Shown in pieces: positions 38,159-48,096 of a stretch of DNA of 64,000 nt (its first letter is position 1; each line of letters opens with the position of its first letter). Origin of the DNA: a virus; IMG/VR virus record IMGVR_UViG_3300008267_000006, positions 32,001-96,000 of that record; one strand, 5' to 3'. The notes under the pieces are model-generated. The model was given only the letters and a program-made list of their open reading frames with translations, was not told where the DNA came from and searched no databases. The position numbers were made by a program, and so were the translations under genes.

Positions 38159-39736
38159 TTAACCTTTTAACAACCATAAATGTTCTTTGTATACTTCTTG
38201 TGCTTGTCTCAACTTTTGCGAATGCTCGTATTGTCTCATACCATCTATAGAACTGTTAAGATAATTCTTACTTCTAGAAATAGAGTCTAAAAATGCTTTA
38301 GAATATTCCATACCTCTTTCATTGCTGATAATAGCTGTGTCTCTAACCCAGCAAGCTATTGCCAAACTCATGATAAGATCGTCATTATATCCTCTTTGAG
38401 CTTCTGGTCTTCCATTGACCCAGAGAAATGTTTCCATTTCATTTATTGTTCTTAAAGAATTTACTTTTAACAATTTATTTCTAATAAATTCATCTAATTT
38501 TGCAACTATAAGTGGTCGTGTTTTCATCGTTGTAGTAAAACCAGGAACGCTATTACTATTATATTGAGCAGATGTTTGATCCATATAATCATGAGATGCT
38601 TTTGTTGAATAATAGATATTTGAATATCTCATATCTACTAATTTAGTAATAACAGAATAACCTATGTTATTGTTTTCAACAACAACCATGCAGCCGCCAT
38701 ATTCCATGCCAACATCATTTATTAATTTAGCAAAGGTGTCTGGATCTATTTTTCCTTGATATTCTGCAACTTGTTCCATTGTTTTTACGTCAATAACGTG
38801 GAACACAGAAAAGTCTTTTCCATCACCACGCGCAACGTCTGCAACTAATAGGTAACTTCCACCATTTTCATATGGTTTCCAAACATGATAATTTCTATCT
38901 ATCCAAGTTTTATAAACTGGTTCTTTATATAATTCTCTTAATCTTAAAATGTCATCACCGTGTATAACGGTTTCACCTGACGCATTGAAATTGCATTCAA
39001 ATTCTTGTGCAATCTCGCGCTTTGACATATTTTTAGTAATACTATCAAACCACTCCTGAGTATATTCAGGATGTACAGTCCAAGGTAGTTTAGTTGGTTT
39101 AAAGTTATTTGAACCGGCTTCTGCATCTACATAAGTTTTATGAAACCAGTTACCAACGCCGTTAGGAGTTGAAAGAGCAATACAGCGACCACCAGTAGAA
39201 ACCGTAGGTAATAACCCAGTCCAAAGCTCATCCATATCATCAACGAATGCAGCTTCGTCAATAATAAGTAAGGAGAGTGCTTGACCACGGCCAGCATCTT
39301 TTGAAGTTGGAACGCCTTGTATTTTTGATCCATTACTTAATTCAAATTTTGTTCTGTTGTTTGTTGTAACAGTTGCTATTTTTAAGAAATCTGGTACACT
39401 CTCTACCATATCTCTAACTTTATCAACAATTTCAATTGCAGTATTTTGTTTTGTTGCCATGACAAGAACATTTTTTTCTTTATAGAACAACATCATCCAT
39501 GCAACATAACCAGAAACAATTGTTGAAATTCCTAATTGACGACCTTTTAAAATAACGTTATATCTAAAATCATGAAAATCTTTCAAAAGTTCTTTTTGAA
39601 ATTTAAAAGTTCTAAATGGAATAACTCCTCTTTCTTGATGAATAATTTTTGCATAATTATCCAAAAAATAAGCAGGATCTCTTCCGCATTTTAGAATTTC
39701 TTTTTTTATTTCTTCTTTTGAAAATTTATAAGACAT
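38159..39736 (-). CDS. terL: Terminase large subunit (gp17-like)
   Basis: KGRQLGIST Walker A, LLIIDEAAF Walker B, LSTPNG, QEFEC, ADVARGDGKDFS, VVENN, NDDLIMS. Confidence 0.97.
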   Translation of the reverse strand: MSYKFSKEEIKKEILKCGRDPAYFLDNYAKIIHQERGVIPFRTFKFQKELLKDFHDFRYNVILKGRQLGISTIVSGYVAWMMLFYKEKNVLVMATKQNTAIEIVDKVRDMVESVPDFLKIATVTTNNRTKFELSNGSKIQGVPTSKDAGRGQALSLLIIDEAAFVDDMDELWTGLLPTVSTGGRCIALSTPNGVGNWFHKTYVDAEAGSNNFKPTKLPWTVHPEYTQEWFDSITKNMSKREIAQEFECNFNASGETVIHGDDILRLRELYKEPVYKTWIDRNYHVWKPYENGGSYLLVADVARGDGKDFSVFHVIDVKTMEQVAEYQGKIDPDTFAKLINDVGMEYGGCMVVVENNNIGYSVITKLVDMRYSNIYYSTKASHDYMDQTSAQYNSNSVPGFTTTMKTRPLIVAKLDEFIRNKLLKVNSLRTINEMETFLWVNGRPEAQRGYNDDLIMSLAIACWVRDTAIISNERGMEYSKAFLDSISRSKNYLNSSIDGMRQYEHSQKLRQAQEVYKEHLWLLKG

Positions 39737-39740
39737 TGAA

Positions 39741-40250
39741 CTACTTCTTTCTTACATTCATTAACCAGCCTTTAGCCATCTCTGCATAATGATCTCTTTG
39801 GCTATCAACTTGTTTTTTATTTATTTTTTCTTTTGGCATGTCCATATTTTCAATTTTATATGTTTGAACAGCGTTAACATAACAAGTTCTACGATTGGCT
39901 GATTGAACCATGATATTAATATCACCTTGTTCTAATAAGCTAAGTTGTGACTTGGTAACTTTTTTATATTCTGTTTTAATATGGCTAATGATATCTTTTA
40001 CAGTTTTACGAACATCTGTTTCAAAATTTTTATCATGAACTGCTGTTAATGGCATTTCACAATGATATTTTAATAATAGATTATTTCCTTGGAATTGAAC
40101 ACCAAATCCATCAATAATTCTTGGATCGTAAATTGATACGCCTTGTAGAAGGTTTTCACTTTCTCTTTTTAAACCAAATTCTGTTCCACCTTCATGTTTT
40201 GCATGAATGGCTTGTTGAATTCCTGTTATTACTTCCATGACATTCGCCAT
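39741..40250 (-). CDS. Hypothetical protein
   Basis: ORF in the operon upstream of terminase. Confidence 0.75.
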   Translation of the reverse strand: MANVMEVITGIQQAIHAKHEGGTEFGLKRESENLLQGVSIYDPRIIDGFGVQFQGNNLLLKYHCEMPLTAVHDKNFETDVRKTVKDIISHIKTEYKKVTKSQLSLLEQGDINIMVQSANRRTCYVNAVQTYKIENMDMPKEKINKKQVDSQRDHYAEMAKGWLMNVRKK

Positions 40251-40251
40251 T

Positions 40252-40593
40252 TTATTTGTCCTCTATGTTGCAAACATAACATTTATAACATGTTTTAAAC
40301 TTATTTAAATATAGATCATCTTTTTTATTAAATGAATATTTTTTACACAACTTACAAGTATTATTTTCATTTTTATTTAAAAGATTTTTTGGTATTAAAA
40401 TACCATCTACTTCTATTTTTTCTTGCGTTTTGCTGTTTAAATATTCTTTTTTCTGTGCTTCTTTAACACTTTGTATATATTCTTTTTCTTTTTCATCATC
40501 CCAAAACTGCTTTGGATTTATAGTAGCTTCGTTGCCATATTTTTCACGAACAGCTTTTTCTAAACCTTGAATAAAATTAATATCTCTTGGCAT
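40252..40593 (-). CDS. Hypothetical zinc-binding protein
   Basis: CKLC...CYKC pairs; EKAVREKYG...NPK..WD..KEKEY. Confidence 0.7.
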   Translation of the reverse strand: MPRDINFIQGLEKAVREKYGNEATINPKQFWDDEKEKEYIQSVKEAQKKEYLNSKTQEKIEVDGILIPKNLLNKNENNTCKLCKKYSFNKKDDLYLNKFKTCYKCYVCNIEDK

Positions 40594-40595
40594 TA

Positions 40596-41531
40596 TTATC
40601 TCATTTTTAATTTTATAACTTTAGCTTTTTTAGAAATTGGTGATAATCCTTCTTCTGCTCTTCCTTTTTGTCGATCAGCATCTTCTGCTGATTTCTTTTG
40701 TTCAGGAGTTCTAGTATCTGGTGCGATATCTTTTGGTTGAACTTGCGGTTGTTTACTAGCATTTGCTTGTCTTTGTTGACCAACAGCATCTAATCTTGCA
40801 GCTTTTTCAGTATCAGATGCTGTTACTCTTTGTTCAGTTCCGTGATCTTGAGCTAGTTGAAAAATATTTGGGATATTTGCTTTCATGGTTTGATCAGTTA
40901 GTGCATCAATAACCTCTTGTGACTTGGAATATTTACCACCTTCGTACTGTGATAAGAATGTCATTACAAATTTTGAAACTTCCGCTCTCCCAGTTCCTTC
41001 TTTTACTGTGGCAGATTTTTGTTTTATAAATTCATTATAAGCATTTGCAATCATTAGTGCAGTTTTTCTATCTATTGCGTTTGCTAAACCAACTCTTCCT
41101 TTGCTTGCAGCATTTGAAATTGCTGCCGCTACTGCATTTGCGTTAATAGAACCACCAGAAGATGATGGTGTCGCCGGTGATGCAGTTGCTTTTGCATCAT
41201 CTTTTCCTTCCTCATCATCTAAACCTTTGTTAAGTATATCATCTTTAAATGCTATTTTTGTATCAGCACCAGCGCCACTTGTTCCCCAATTCTTAATTTT
41301 ACCATAAAGAGCTAAAATTTCCTCTTTTGACATACCAAAAGATTTCAAAAGTTTAGCAACAGTGTCGGGAGTTGCGTTTTTATCCTCTGGCTTTTCAGCA
41401 GAATCAGCAGGTTTTTCCTGTGAAGCAGATGGATCTTGTGGTTGGGCAGCTGCTTCATCTTCAAATACTGCTCCATAACTTTCTTTTAATAAGAATTTAC
41501 CGTTTTTAAATCTAAAAGTATATTTTTCCAT
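40596..41531 (-). CDS. Hypothetical probable internal head protein; start revised to MEKYTF at 41531
   Basis: AAGGA SD before 41531; the track start at 41651 overlaps the upstream gene; LLKE/VFE sites. Confidence 0.65.
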   Translation of the reverse strand: MEKYTFRFKNGKFLLKESYGAVFEDEAAAQPQDPSASQEKPADSAEKPEDKNATPDTVAKLLKSFGMSKEEILALYGKIKNWGTSGAGADTKIAFKDDILNKGLDDEEGKDDAKATASPATPSSSGGSINANAVAAAISNAASKGRVGLANAIDRKTALMIANAYNEFIKQKSATVKEGTGRAEVSKFVMTFLSQYEGGKYSKSQEVIDALTDQTMKANIPNIFQLAQDHGTEQRVTASDTEKAARLDAVGQQRQANASKQPQVQPKDIAPDTRTPEQKKSAEDADRQKGRAEEGLSPISKKAKVIKLKMR

Positions 41532-41541
41532 TATTATTTCC

Positions 41542-42240
41542 TTAAGCTGTTTCTTCTGGTGATTCTTCTGGCTTTTCAGCTGGTGCTTCTGCTGGTTTTT
41601 CGGTTGGCGGTTTAAAAGGTGGTAACTTGCTTGCCTTACGATCAACTGCATTAGCTAGCATTGAACCAAAAGTAAATAATTGTTTTTGATCAGCAAATTT
41701 TTCTCCAACTTTTGGTTCGGCTTTTAATACTTTTTCATATAAACTATCTGGACCGCGAACAGACATAAGCATTTTAAAATCTAATACTGATATATCATTA
41801 TAAACTTCTACAAAATAAGCGTCAGCCTCGCTCATCTCTTCTATTTGAGGATATTTAGCTTTTGCTTCTCTGATAACTGCTATTACTTTTGAGAGCGCAG
41901 TTGCAATTATTGTACTTGGTCTACCACCTAATGCAGCTGCTTTTGCTTGATCTTGGCTAGCTTCTTTTAATTTTTTTGCAGTTTCATTTAATTCTTGTTT
42001 AGCGGCATTATATTTTTCTATAAAATCTTTTTTCTCTTGCTCGTTTTCTATTTTTTCTGCACCTTCAGTTGCAGCTTTATCGGCATCTTTTAATTTTTTA
42101 TCACCTTTTTGTAGGTCACTTTTCATCATAGCATAAAAAACTCCAAGTGCCATAACTAGAACAGAAAATAATGCCACAACAGCCATTGCTACGCCAACTA
42201 TTTCATTTACTTGTTTTTTCTTTCCTATTTTTATTTTCAT
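41542..42240 (-). CDS. Hypothetical protein with an N-terminal TM helix
   Basis: MKIKIGKKKQVNE then a hydrophobic helix; late-type motif at 42266-42275. Confidence 0.7.
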   Translation of the reverse strand: MKIKIGKKKQVNEIVGVAMAVVALFSVLVMALGVFYAMMKSDLQKGDKKLKDADKAATEGAEKIENEQEKKDFIEKYNAAKQELNETAKKLKEASQDQAKAAALGGRPSTIIATALSKVIAVIREAKAKYPQIEEMSEADAYFVEVYNDISVLDFKMLMSVRGPDSLYEKVLKAEPKVGEKFADQKQLFTFGSMLANAVDRKASKLPPFKPPTEKPAEAPAEKPEESPEETA

Positions 42241-42256
42241 TAATTTTTTCCTTAAG

Positions 42257-42691
42257 TTAGTTTTTTATAAATAGTTTTCCAACTACTAAACCAGCTGTTG
42301 CGCTAATAATAATTGCAGAAATTAATTTAATATTGCTCCACATAAGTTCATTTTGATATGAATTTATGACATTTTGTTTTGCTTCTAGTTGTTTTTGATA
42401 CATTTGTTTATCAGCAGAAATTTCTACATCTTTTGATTTTATAATTGACTCTAGATTTATTTTAACTCTTTTTAATTCCTCATCTTTTTCTGTTTTTAAC
42501 AAATTTAATTTTGTTTGAACTTTAGCTAAAGTATTTGCCATGCCTTCATCTGAAAAAAGATAACCGTCATATGGAGCTGGTTGATCTTTTAAAACTTCTT
42601 GATAATCCCATTCCTCTTTATCTTCAGCGGATACTGTTGGGACATATAGAAATAAAACAGAAATAAGTGCTAACCATGCAGTTTTTTTCAT
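42257..42691 (-). CDS. Secreted/membrane coiled-coil protein, possible spanin partner
   Basis: Signal peptide (VSA cleavage), PAPYDGYLF, coiled coil, C-terminal TM. Confidence 0.5.
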   Translation of the reverse strand: MKKTAWLALISVLFLYVPTVSAEDKEEWDYQEVLKDQPAPYDGYLFSDEGMANTLAKVQTKLNLLKTEKDEELKRVKINLESIIKSKDVEISADKQMYQKQLEAKQNVINSYQNELMWSNIKLISAIIISATAGLVVGKLFIKN

Positions 42692-43050
42692 CTCTTTTTA
42701 CCTTTCGCACCTATAATATTTTCTATCTCTTTTTTAAATCCTTTTTTATCATTTTTTGACATATCTTTAAATTTGTTTTTATTTTCTAGCTCTTCAAATT
42801 TTATATTGCATTTTTCTAGTTCTGTTTCTTTTGAAACAATTTCTTGTTTTAAATTTTTTTCTAGATTAATTTTTTCATTTTCTAATTTTGTTGTTATTTC
42901 TTTTATTTCTCTTGCGTGATTTTCTTGCTCTTCAAGAATTTTTTTTGAAACTTCATTTTTTATATGAGTTCTCACAAGCATAAAAAAAACAATTATACAT
43001 ATAATTTGTACAGCAGCTTTTATAATTGTTTTATAATTTTCGGGAATCAT
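42688..43050 (-). CDS. Possible i-spanin (Rz-like)
   Basis: N-terminal TM then charged coiled coil; overlaps both neighbours by 4 nt. Confidence 0.5.
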   Translation of the reverse strand: MIPENYKTIIKAAVQIICIIVFFMLVRTHIKNEVSKKILEEQENHAREIKEITTKLENEKINLEKNLKQEIVSKETELEKCNIKFEELENKNKFKDMSKNDKKGFKKEIENIIGAKGKKR

Positions 43051-43313
43051 CTACCAGCTCCCTTCCACTTTACTGCAATATCTGCAAAGCCCTCTATACC
43101 AACATAGCCAAGAGTTATAGCGGCCCACTCATCTTGAGATATTTTTCCCATAACAAGAAAAGAGGACGAAACAAGCCAAACAAGAAATTTTCTGCTTATA
43201 ATTTTTTCAGTAATTATATCCAAAAAACCTCTATCGTTTGCATCTTCTCTCATTTCGTCCTCTATTTCTTTTTCAATATCTTTTATAACACCTTGGTTTT
43301 GTTTCTTTTGCAT
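43047..43313 (-). CDS. Putative holin; likely start MQKKQ at 43313
   Basis: SRKFLVWLV TM1, WAAITLGYVGIEG TM2; GGAGGA SD. Confidence 0.6.
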   Translation of the reverse strand: MQKKQNQGVIKDIEKEIEDEMREDANDRGFLDIITEKIISRKFLVWLVSSSFLVMGKISQDEWAAITLGYVGIEGFADIAVKWKGAGR

Positions 43314-43317
43314 CCAT

Positions 43318-46300
43318 TTATTCCTCCACGAATGCGTATCCATCCTTTCTATTAATAACAATTTGTTTGTCTACGCATTCTTTAAGACTATCAAGGTGTG
43401 AAATAACAATGACAGTATCAAAGTATGTCTTAATTAGTTGTAGAATTTGAATAAAACCATGCATGTTTTCTTCGTCAAGAGCAGTACCTGGTTCATCCAT
43501 CAAAAAGATATTTCCAACGGGAAGCGAAGTAACAGATATTAGAGCTAAACGAATAGCAGTTGAGGCAAGAGTTTTTTCTGCACCGCTACCCATTTCTAGT
43601 GGTCGTGGATCACTATTATTATGTTTAATCATGATATCAAGCTTATCGTCATCGTTCTCTAGATAAACTGAAAAATTTACAACTCCATTAAGTATTTTAC
43701 CAATCTCTTCATTGATAGCTGGTAGCTTATTTTTAATAATTTCATAAGTAATACCGCTTGGATGCATACATTTTAAATAAAGATCATATGCTGAGTATTC
43801 TTTTCTTGTTTTCTCAAGATTTTCTTTTTGCTCATTTAAATTTTCAATTTTTTGTTTGAGAGAGCCTTCTTTTTTATAGAAGTCTCGTAGTTCACGATCT
43901 CTTGCTTCATAAGAACCTTTTGTTAATTGAAGATTTTGCTCTAGATTTTTATTTTGTTTCTTCAATTCATCAAATTTTTCAATAAGTTCACGATTTTTTT
44001 CTTGTTCATCAAACTCTTGTTGATCTTTTTCAATTTGAGTAGTTAATTTTTCAATTAAAAGAAGATTATTGGCTATTTGTAGCTCATTTTTTGATCTTTT
44101 GTCTTCTGATTCCTTCTTTTTCCTCGTCGCTTCACCATGCTTATTAAGACCATTAGTTGTTTTTTCATCAAGTTCATTAAAACGACTATCAAGGTTGTCG
44201 TAACTATGCTTATGACCCAACAATATTCCTTCATCAATAGCCATTTTTTCTTTAGCTTCGAAGGCATCCTTAATGAATTTGCAACTGGTGAATTGATTGC
44301 CACAGGGAATATCCTCTAGAAGTTTTAGTTTGTGTGTATATCCTTTAATATTCTTTTCTAGAGATTCAATTTCTTTCTCTAGTGGAATCATTTCGCTTCT
44401 AATTTTATCTAATTCTGCATTATCTTTTATTAATTGTTCATAATTAACTAGTTTTATAAATTCTTCAAGTTTAGAGATTAATGTATTTAATTTAGAATTT
44501 TCTTCTTTTATAGAAGAATTGCTATTTTTTAGTGTTTCAAGCTTATTTTTATTTAAAGTTAACAAATTGTGCAAATTAAAATAAGCAGTCACATCAATAG
44601 GAGTAGCATTAAGCTGATCTTTTATGTTTTTTATCTGTTCGTTAAAGTTTTCTATTTTTTGTTTAAATTCATCTAGTTCTTTTTGATTCTGAAGTATGTT
44701 TGCGTGTGTTTGAGATAGTTCTAGCTCTGTATTAATAATATCTCTATCAAAATTGTTTCCCTCTAGCTTCTTTAGAAGTGCTTTTAGCTCTGCACTTTCT
44801 TCCTTAGCAAGCTTAAATTTCTTCTCAAACATCTCTAAATCTAGGAATTTAGCTAGAATCTCCTTACGTTTAGTTGAACCTTCTGAAATAAATGAAAGAT
44901 AGCCAAATTGACTTGCCATAGAGGTCAAAAAGAAGTCATCTACTGTGCCAAAATACTTACGAATAGTGTTATCGGTATCGTTACGCGCTAATCCATTAAG
45001 AGAACCAGCATCAGAAGTAAACTCTACATCTGTTTTGGCTTCTGTTGTTAGTACACCCTTTAGTTTTTTAGTATATTTTTCAGAGGCTCTATCAATAACG
45101 TAATTTTCTCCATCAATTTCAATTTCTACACGTCCAGAACCTTTATCTTTAGCTTGATTAATAACATTTAGGTTCTTTCTGTTGTTCTTTGATGTAGTAT
45201 TATAGATTGTATAGAGCAGTGAATCTACAACTGATGATTTTCCACTATAATTTTTACCAAAAACACCAATAATACCTCTTAAATTATCAAAATTAATAGA
45301 ATTACCCTCTCCATAATTAAAAAGGTTATCCCATTGCAGATTTTTTAGCTTCCACTTGACATTTCTCTTGGTTTCATCTGCATCTTCAACCATAGAGGAG
45401 TATCTTTCGTTTAATTTAACTACATTTTGCATAACCTCTTCTTCAGTTTTATAGTCTTTTAAGAAATCGGTAATTAATTTCTCTTGAACTTTGCCATCTC
45501 GTAGATTTTCATTGTTTAAAACGATTTCTGAAACATGGTTTTCATCAGAACTGCTTGCCAAAGCCTTATTTACGAAGATTACTGATTCTGGATTGAAACG
45601 ATTCTTGATAATTTCAGTTGCACGCTTAGTTTTTTCAAGAGAAACATTCTTGGAAGTCATAATTCTGACTCTTGAACCATCTTTTATATCAATATCTGGT
45701 AGATTTCCATACTCATCCAGATCAATTGTAAGATACGGCTTAGGGTTTGGAATAGTAAAGTGCTCGCAAGAGAAGTCATCCTTTGACTTGATATCCCAAA
45801 TAAGGAAACCTTTGTCATCGAATTCACCAAAGTTACCTTGAACAGTAGATCCTGGATATCTGACACGGCCTTCGCTATCAACAATTTGATTTGTTTTATG
45901 AATATCGCCTAAAAATGCGTAATCGTGTCCTTCAAGAGCAGCAATATTATGCTCCCCGTTCTCTAAAGTATATCCACCATCAGTTTTTACACCAGAAATA
46001 GCTCCATGATATAGAGCAATATTAATTTTTGATGGATCTGACGGTTTTTTCCAGTTTTCTTCATCAGTTCTGCTAAGAACATTAAAAGTTAATTCATTAT
46101 TTACAATTTTTTCATCTGAATACTTTAGTAATTTTAAGTTTGATGAGTTAATAGCGTTAACAATAGGAGAAATAGCGTCAGTTCTTGTATCATTTTTTAA
46201 ATTACAATCATGATTACCAAGAATAACATAAGTTGGAGCAATTTCTGACAATGAACGTAGAAATTTTGTAGCCATTTCTACAAATTCTGGACTAATTTGT

Positions 46301-46449
46301 GTTTTTGTGTGAGCAATATCTCCGCAGTGAACAATATAGTCTACCTTTTGTTCGCGTAGTATAGAATAAATCTGATCAAATACCTGATTAAACTCATCGT
46401 GACGCTTTAGGTTTAATATGTGGGTATCTGCAATATGTCCAATTTTCAT
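43318..46449 (-). CDS. Fused Mre11/SbcD nuclease and Rad50/SbcC ATPase (gp47-gp46 fusion)
   Basis: HIADTH, CGDIAH, GNHD, HG, LGDIH, YPGS; then GKNYSGKSS Walker A, SQ Q-loop, coiled coil, GSGAE signature, LMDEP, VISH. Confidence 0.93.
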   Translation of the reverse strand: MKIGHIADTHILNLKRHDEFNQVFDQIYSILREQKVDYIVHCGDIAHTKTQISPEFVEMATKFLRSLSEIAPTYVILGNHDCNLKNDTRTDAISPIVNAINSSNLKLLKYSDEKIVNNELTFNVLSRTDEENWKKPSDPSKINIALYHGAISGVKTDGGYTLENGEHNIAALEGHDYAFLGDIHKTNQIVDSEGRVRYPGSTVQGNFGEFDDKGFLIWDIKSKDDFSCEHFTIPNPKPYLTIDLDEYGNLPDIDIKDGSRVRIMTSKNVSLEKTKRATEIIKNRFNPESVIFVNKALASSSDENHVSEIVLNNENLRDGKVQEKLITDFLKDYKTEEEVMQNVVKLNERYSSMVEDADETKRNVKWKLKNLQWDNLFNYGEGNSINFDNLRGIIGVFGKNYSGKSSVVDSLLYTIYNTTSKNNRKNLNVINQAKDKGSGRVEIEIDGENYVIDRASEKYTKKLKGVLTTEAKTDVEFTSDAGSLNGLARNDTDNTIRKYFGTVDDFFLTSMASQFGYLSFISEGSTKRKEILAKFLDLEMFEKKFKLAKEESAELKALLKKLEGNNFDRDIINTELELSQTHANILQNQKELDEFKQKIENFNEQIKNIKDQLNATPIDVTAYFNLHNLLTLNKNKLETLKNSNSSIKEENSKLNTLISKLEEFIKLVNYEQLIKDNAELDKIRSEMIPLEKEIESLEKNIKGYTHKLKLLEDIPCGNQFTSCKFIKDAFEAKEKMAIDEGILLGHKHSYDNLDSRFNELDEKTTNGLNKHGEATRKKKESEDKRSKNELQIANNLLLIEKLTTQIEKDQQEFDEQEKNRELIEKFDELKKQNKNLEQNLQLTKGSYEARDRELRDFYKKEGSLKQKIENLNEQKENLEKTRKEYSAYDLYLKCMHPSGITYEIIKNKLPAINEEIGKILNGVVNFSVYLENDDDKLDIMIKHNNSDPRPLEMGSGAEKTLASTAIRLALISVTSLPVGNIFLMDEPGTALDEENMHGFIQILQLIKTYFDTVIVISHLDSLKECVDKQIVINRKDGYAFVEE

Positions 46450-46461
46450 ATTTTCTCCAAT

Positions 46462-46490
46462 AAAAAATCCCGCTATGGTTAGCAGCGGGA
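46462..46490 (-). terminator. Intrinsic terminator just upstream of the Mre11-Rad50 SD
   Basis: tcccgct/agcggga stem and U6. Confidence 0.7.
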
Positions 46491-46492
46491 CC

Positions 46493-46521
46493 AGTATACA
46501 CTACCCTTGGTAGGATTTCAA
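46493..46521 (-). promoter_or_regulatory. Sigma70-type promoter firing into the terminator stem
   Basis: TTGAAA (46521-46516)-N17-TATACT (46498-46493). Confidence 0.7.
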
Positions 46522-47150
46522 CCCTCTTCTTTATCTTCAACGTCTTCTGGCTCTATGTCTTTTCCTTTTGGCCATTTTTGGAACTCTTCCGTATCTTCAT
46601 CCCACTCTTCGTCTTTTTCTTCTTGGTCTTCGCCTTCTAATACTTTTTGGATCTCTTCCATGATTATTTGTTTTATTTTTTCTCTAGTAAAAGTCATTTT
46701 ATCCTCTGATATTCCACCTTTTAGGTTTTTAACTTGTTTTCCACGTACATCCATTTGTTTATCAAGTGATCTTGTTTCTTCATCTTCCGCTTTATTTCCA
46801 CTTGGTACTTGATATGGATCGTGTCCTATCGACGGAAACCTCTCAAATGCATCGACTGAAATTTCTTGTTCTGAATTTCCAAGAAATTTTGCCATTGCAT
46901 TATGTAATTGCACTGAATCCATATAAAATCTTGAATCGACTTCATCTGCTGTTATCTGCTTTATTGCATCAAGTGGCTGAATATTTAATTGTTTAAAAGA
47001 GTCAATTAAATTTTTAATTGCAACATCTCCATCCAAATTAGATGTTTCTTTTTCGTCCCTAGCTTTAATAAAAGCTCTTATAATCTCTTGTTTAGTATTA
47101 GTTATTTCTTCAAAAATTAATTTATTATTCTTTTTTTTAACGGAAATCAT
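46518..47150 (-). CDS. Hypothetical acidic, probable internal head protein
   Basis: Internal MTFTREKIKQIIMEEIQKVLE motif; acidic tail. Confidence 0.65.
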   Translation of the reverse strand: MISVKKKNNKLIFEEITNTKQEIIRAFIKARDEKETSNLDGDVAIKNLIDSFKQLNIQPLDAIKQITADEVDSRFYMDSVQLHNAMAKFLGNSEQEISVDAFERFPSIGHDPYQVPSGNKAEDEETRSLDKQMDVRGKQVKNLKGGISEDKMTFTREKIKQIIMEEIQKVLEGEDQEEKDEEWDEDTEEFQKWPKGKDIEPEDVEDKEEG

Positions 47151-47151
47151 A

Positions 47152-48096
47152 TTATATGCTCATTATTTTATTTAATAAAAAGTAATCTGTGTCTTTAATT
47201 AGTCTTGCATTCTTTTTACATTCTAAAAATTCTTCATGAGACATATCACCAACATCTTTATTAAGTGGAATTGGTATTTTGTATACTTCTGCATTATAAG
47301 TTAGTAAATCTTTTACTAAATTTTCTGCTTTTTTTTCTGCATCTGGATCTAATGCAAGATAAATCGCTGGGTCGTTTTTTATAATTTCTTTAAAAATTTT
47401 TGAATTTTCTCTTAGAGTGCTACCCAATAGAGGTATTGCGTTTTTTGCTTTTATCGCATCAAACACACCTTCAACAATAGTTATATCAGAAGACCAATCA
47501 AGGTATAATTCATTAAAAATTATATCTTTCTTTGCTTCTGGATTCATATATCTTTTCCAGTTATTTTCATATGTTCTTGCAATAAAATAATTTATCTTTC
47601 CATCATTATTAAATGATGGAATAATTACTCTTCCCTCATATGGACCAGAAGTAGCATAACCAATTTTCCAAAATTTTATGTCTTGATCAGATAATCCTCT
47701 ATTTTTTAGATATTTTCTTGCTTTTATAGAAGTATAGGATCTATCTTTATTACATAGAGATTGAAATTCTTCTGGTAGAGTTAATATTGTCTCTGTTTCT
47801 TCTTGAAACTTATTATCACTTAAAAAGATTTTTTCATATTCAATAATATCAATAACACCAGATAGTTCATTCCATTCTTGTATTTGTGACCATGAGCCAA
47901 ATCTTTTGACAATTCTTGTCAAATTTGGAGTTGACCAATCACAAATCCAGCATTTGGCTGCATTTTTATTTATATTTAAGCTAAATTTTTTCTTGTGATG
48001 GTTACAAAAGGGACACTTAAAAAGAAGTTCTTGACCAGATGTATAATATGCACCAAGAATATTATTTAGTATTTCTATCTTTTTTGCTTCTGACAC
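47152..48096 (-). CDS. DNA primase (zinc finger + TOPRIM)
   Basis: CPFC...CWIC, YLKNRG, RVIIP, YFIAR, YMNP, IVEGVFDAI, LDPDA, DVGD. Confidence 0.92.
   Translation of the reverse strand: MSEAKKIEILNNILGAYYTSGQELLFKCPFCNHHKKKFSLNINKNAAKCWICDWSTPNLTRIVKRFGSWSQIQEWNELSGVIDIIEYEKIFLSDNKFQEETETILTLPEEFQSLCNKDRSYTSIKARKYLKNRGLSDQDIKFWKIGYATSGPYEGRVIIPSFNNDGKINYFIARTYENNWKRYMNPEAKKDIIFNELYLDWSSDITIVEGVFDAIKAKNAIPLLGSTLRENSKIFKEIIKNDPAIYLALDPDAEKKAENLVKDLLTYNAEVYKIPIPLNKDVGDMSHEEFLECKKNARLIKDTDYFLLNKIMSI

Noticed and set aside
39741-40593. Small terminase subunit assignment for genes upstream of terL
   Set aside because: Position is suggestive but no recognisable sequence support
41532-41651. N-terminal extension of the 351-aa ORF
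   Set aside because: Overlaps the upstream gene in another frame; a better ATG with SD lies at 41531
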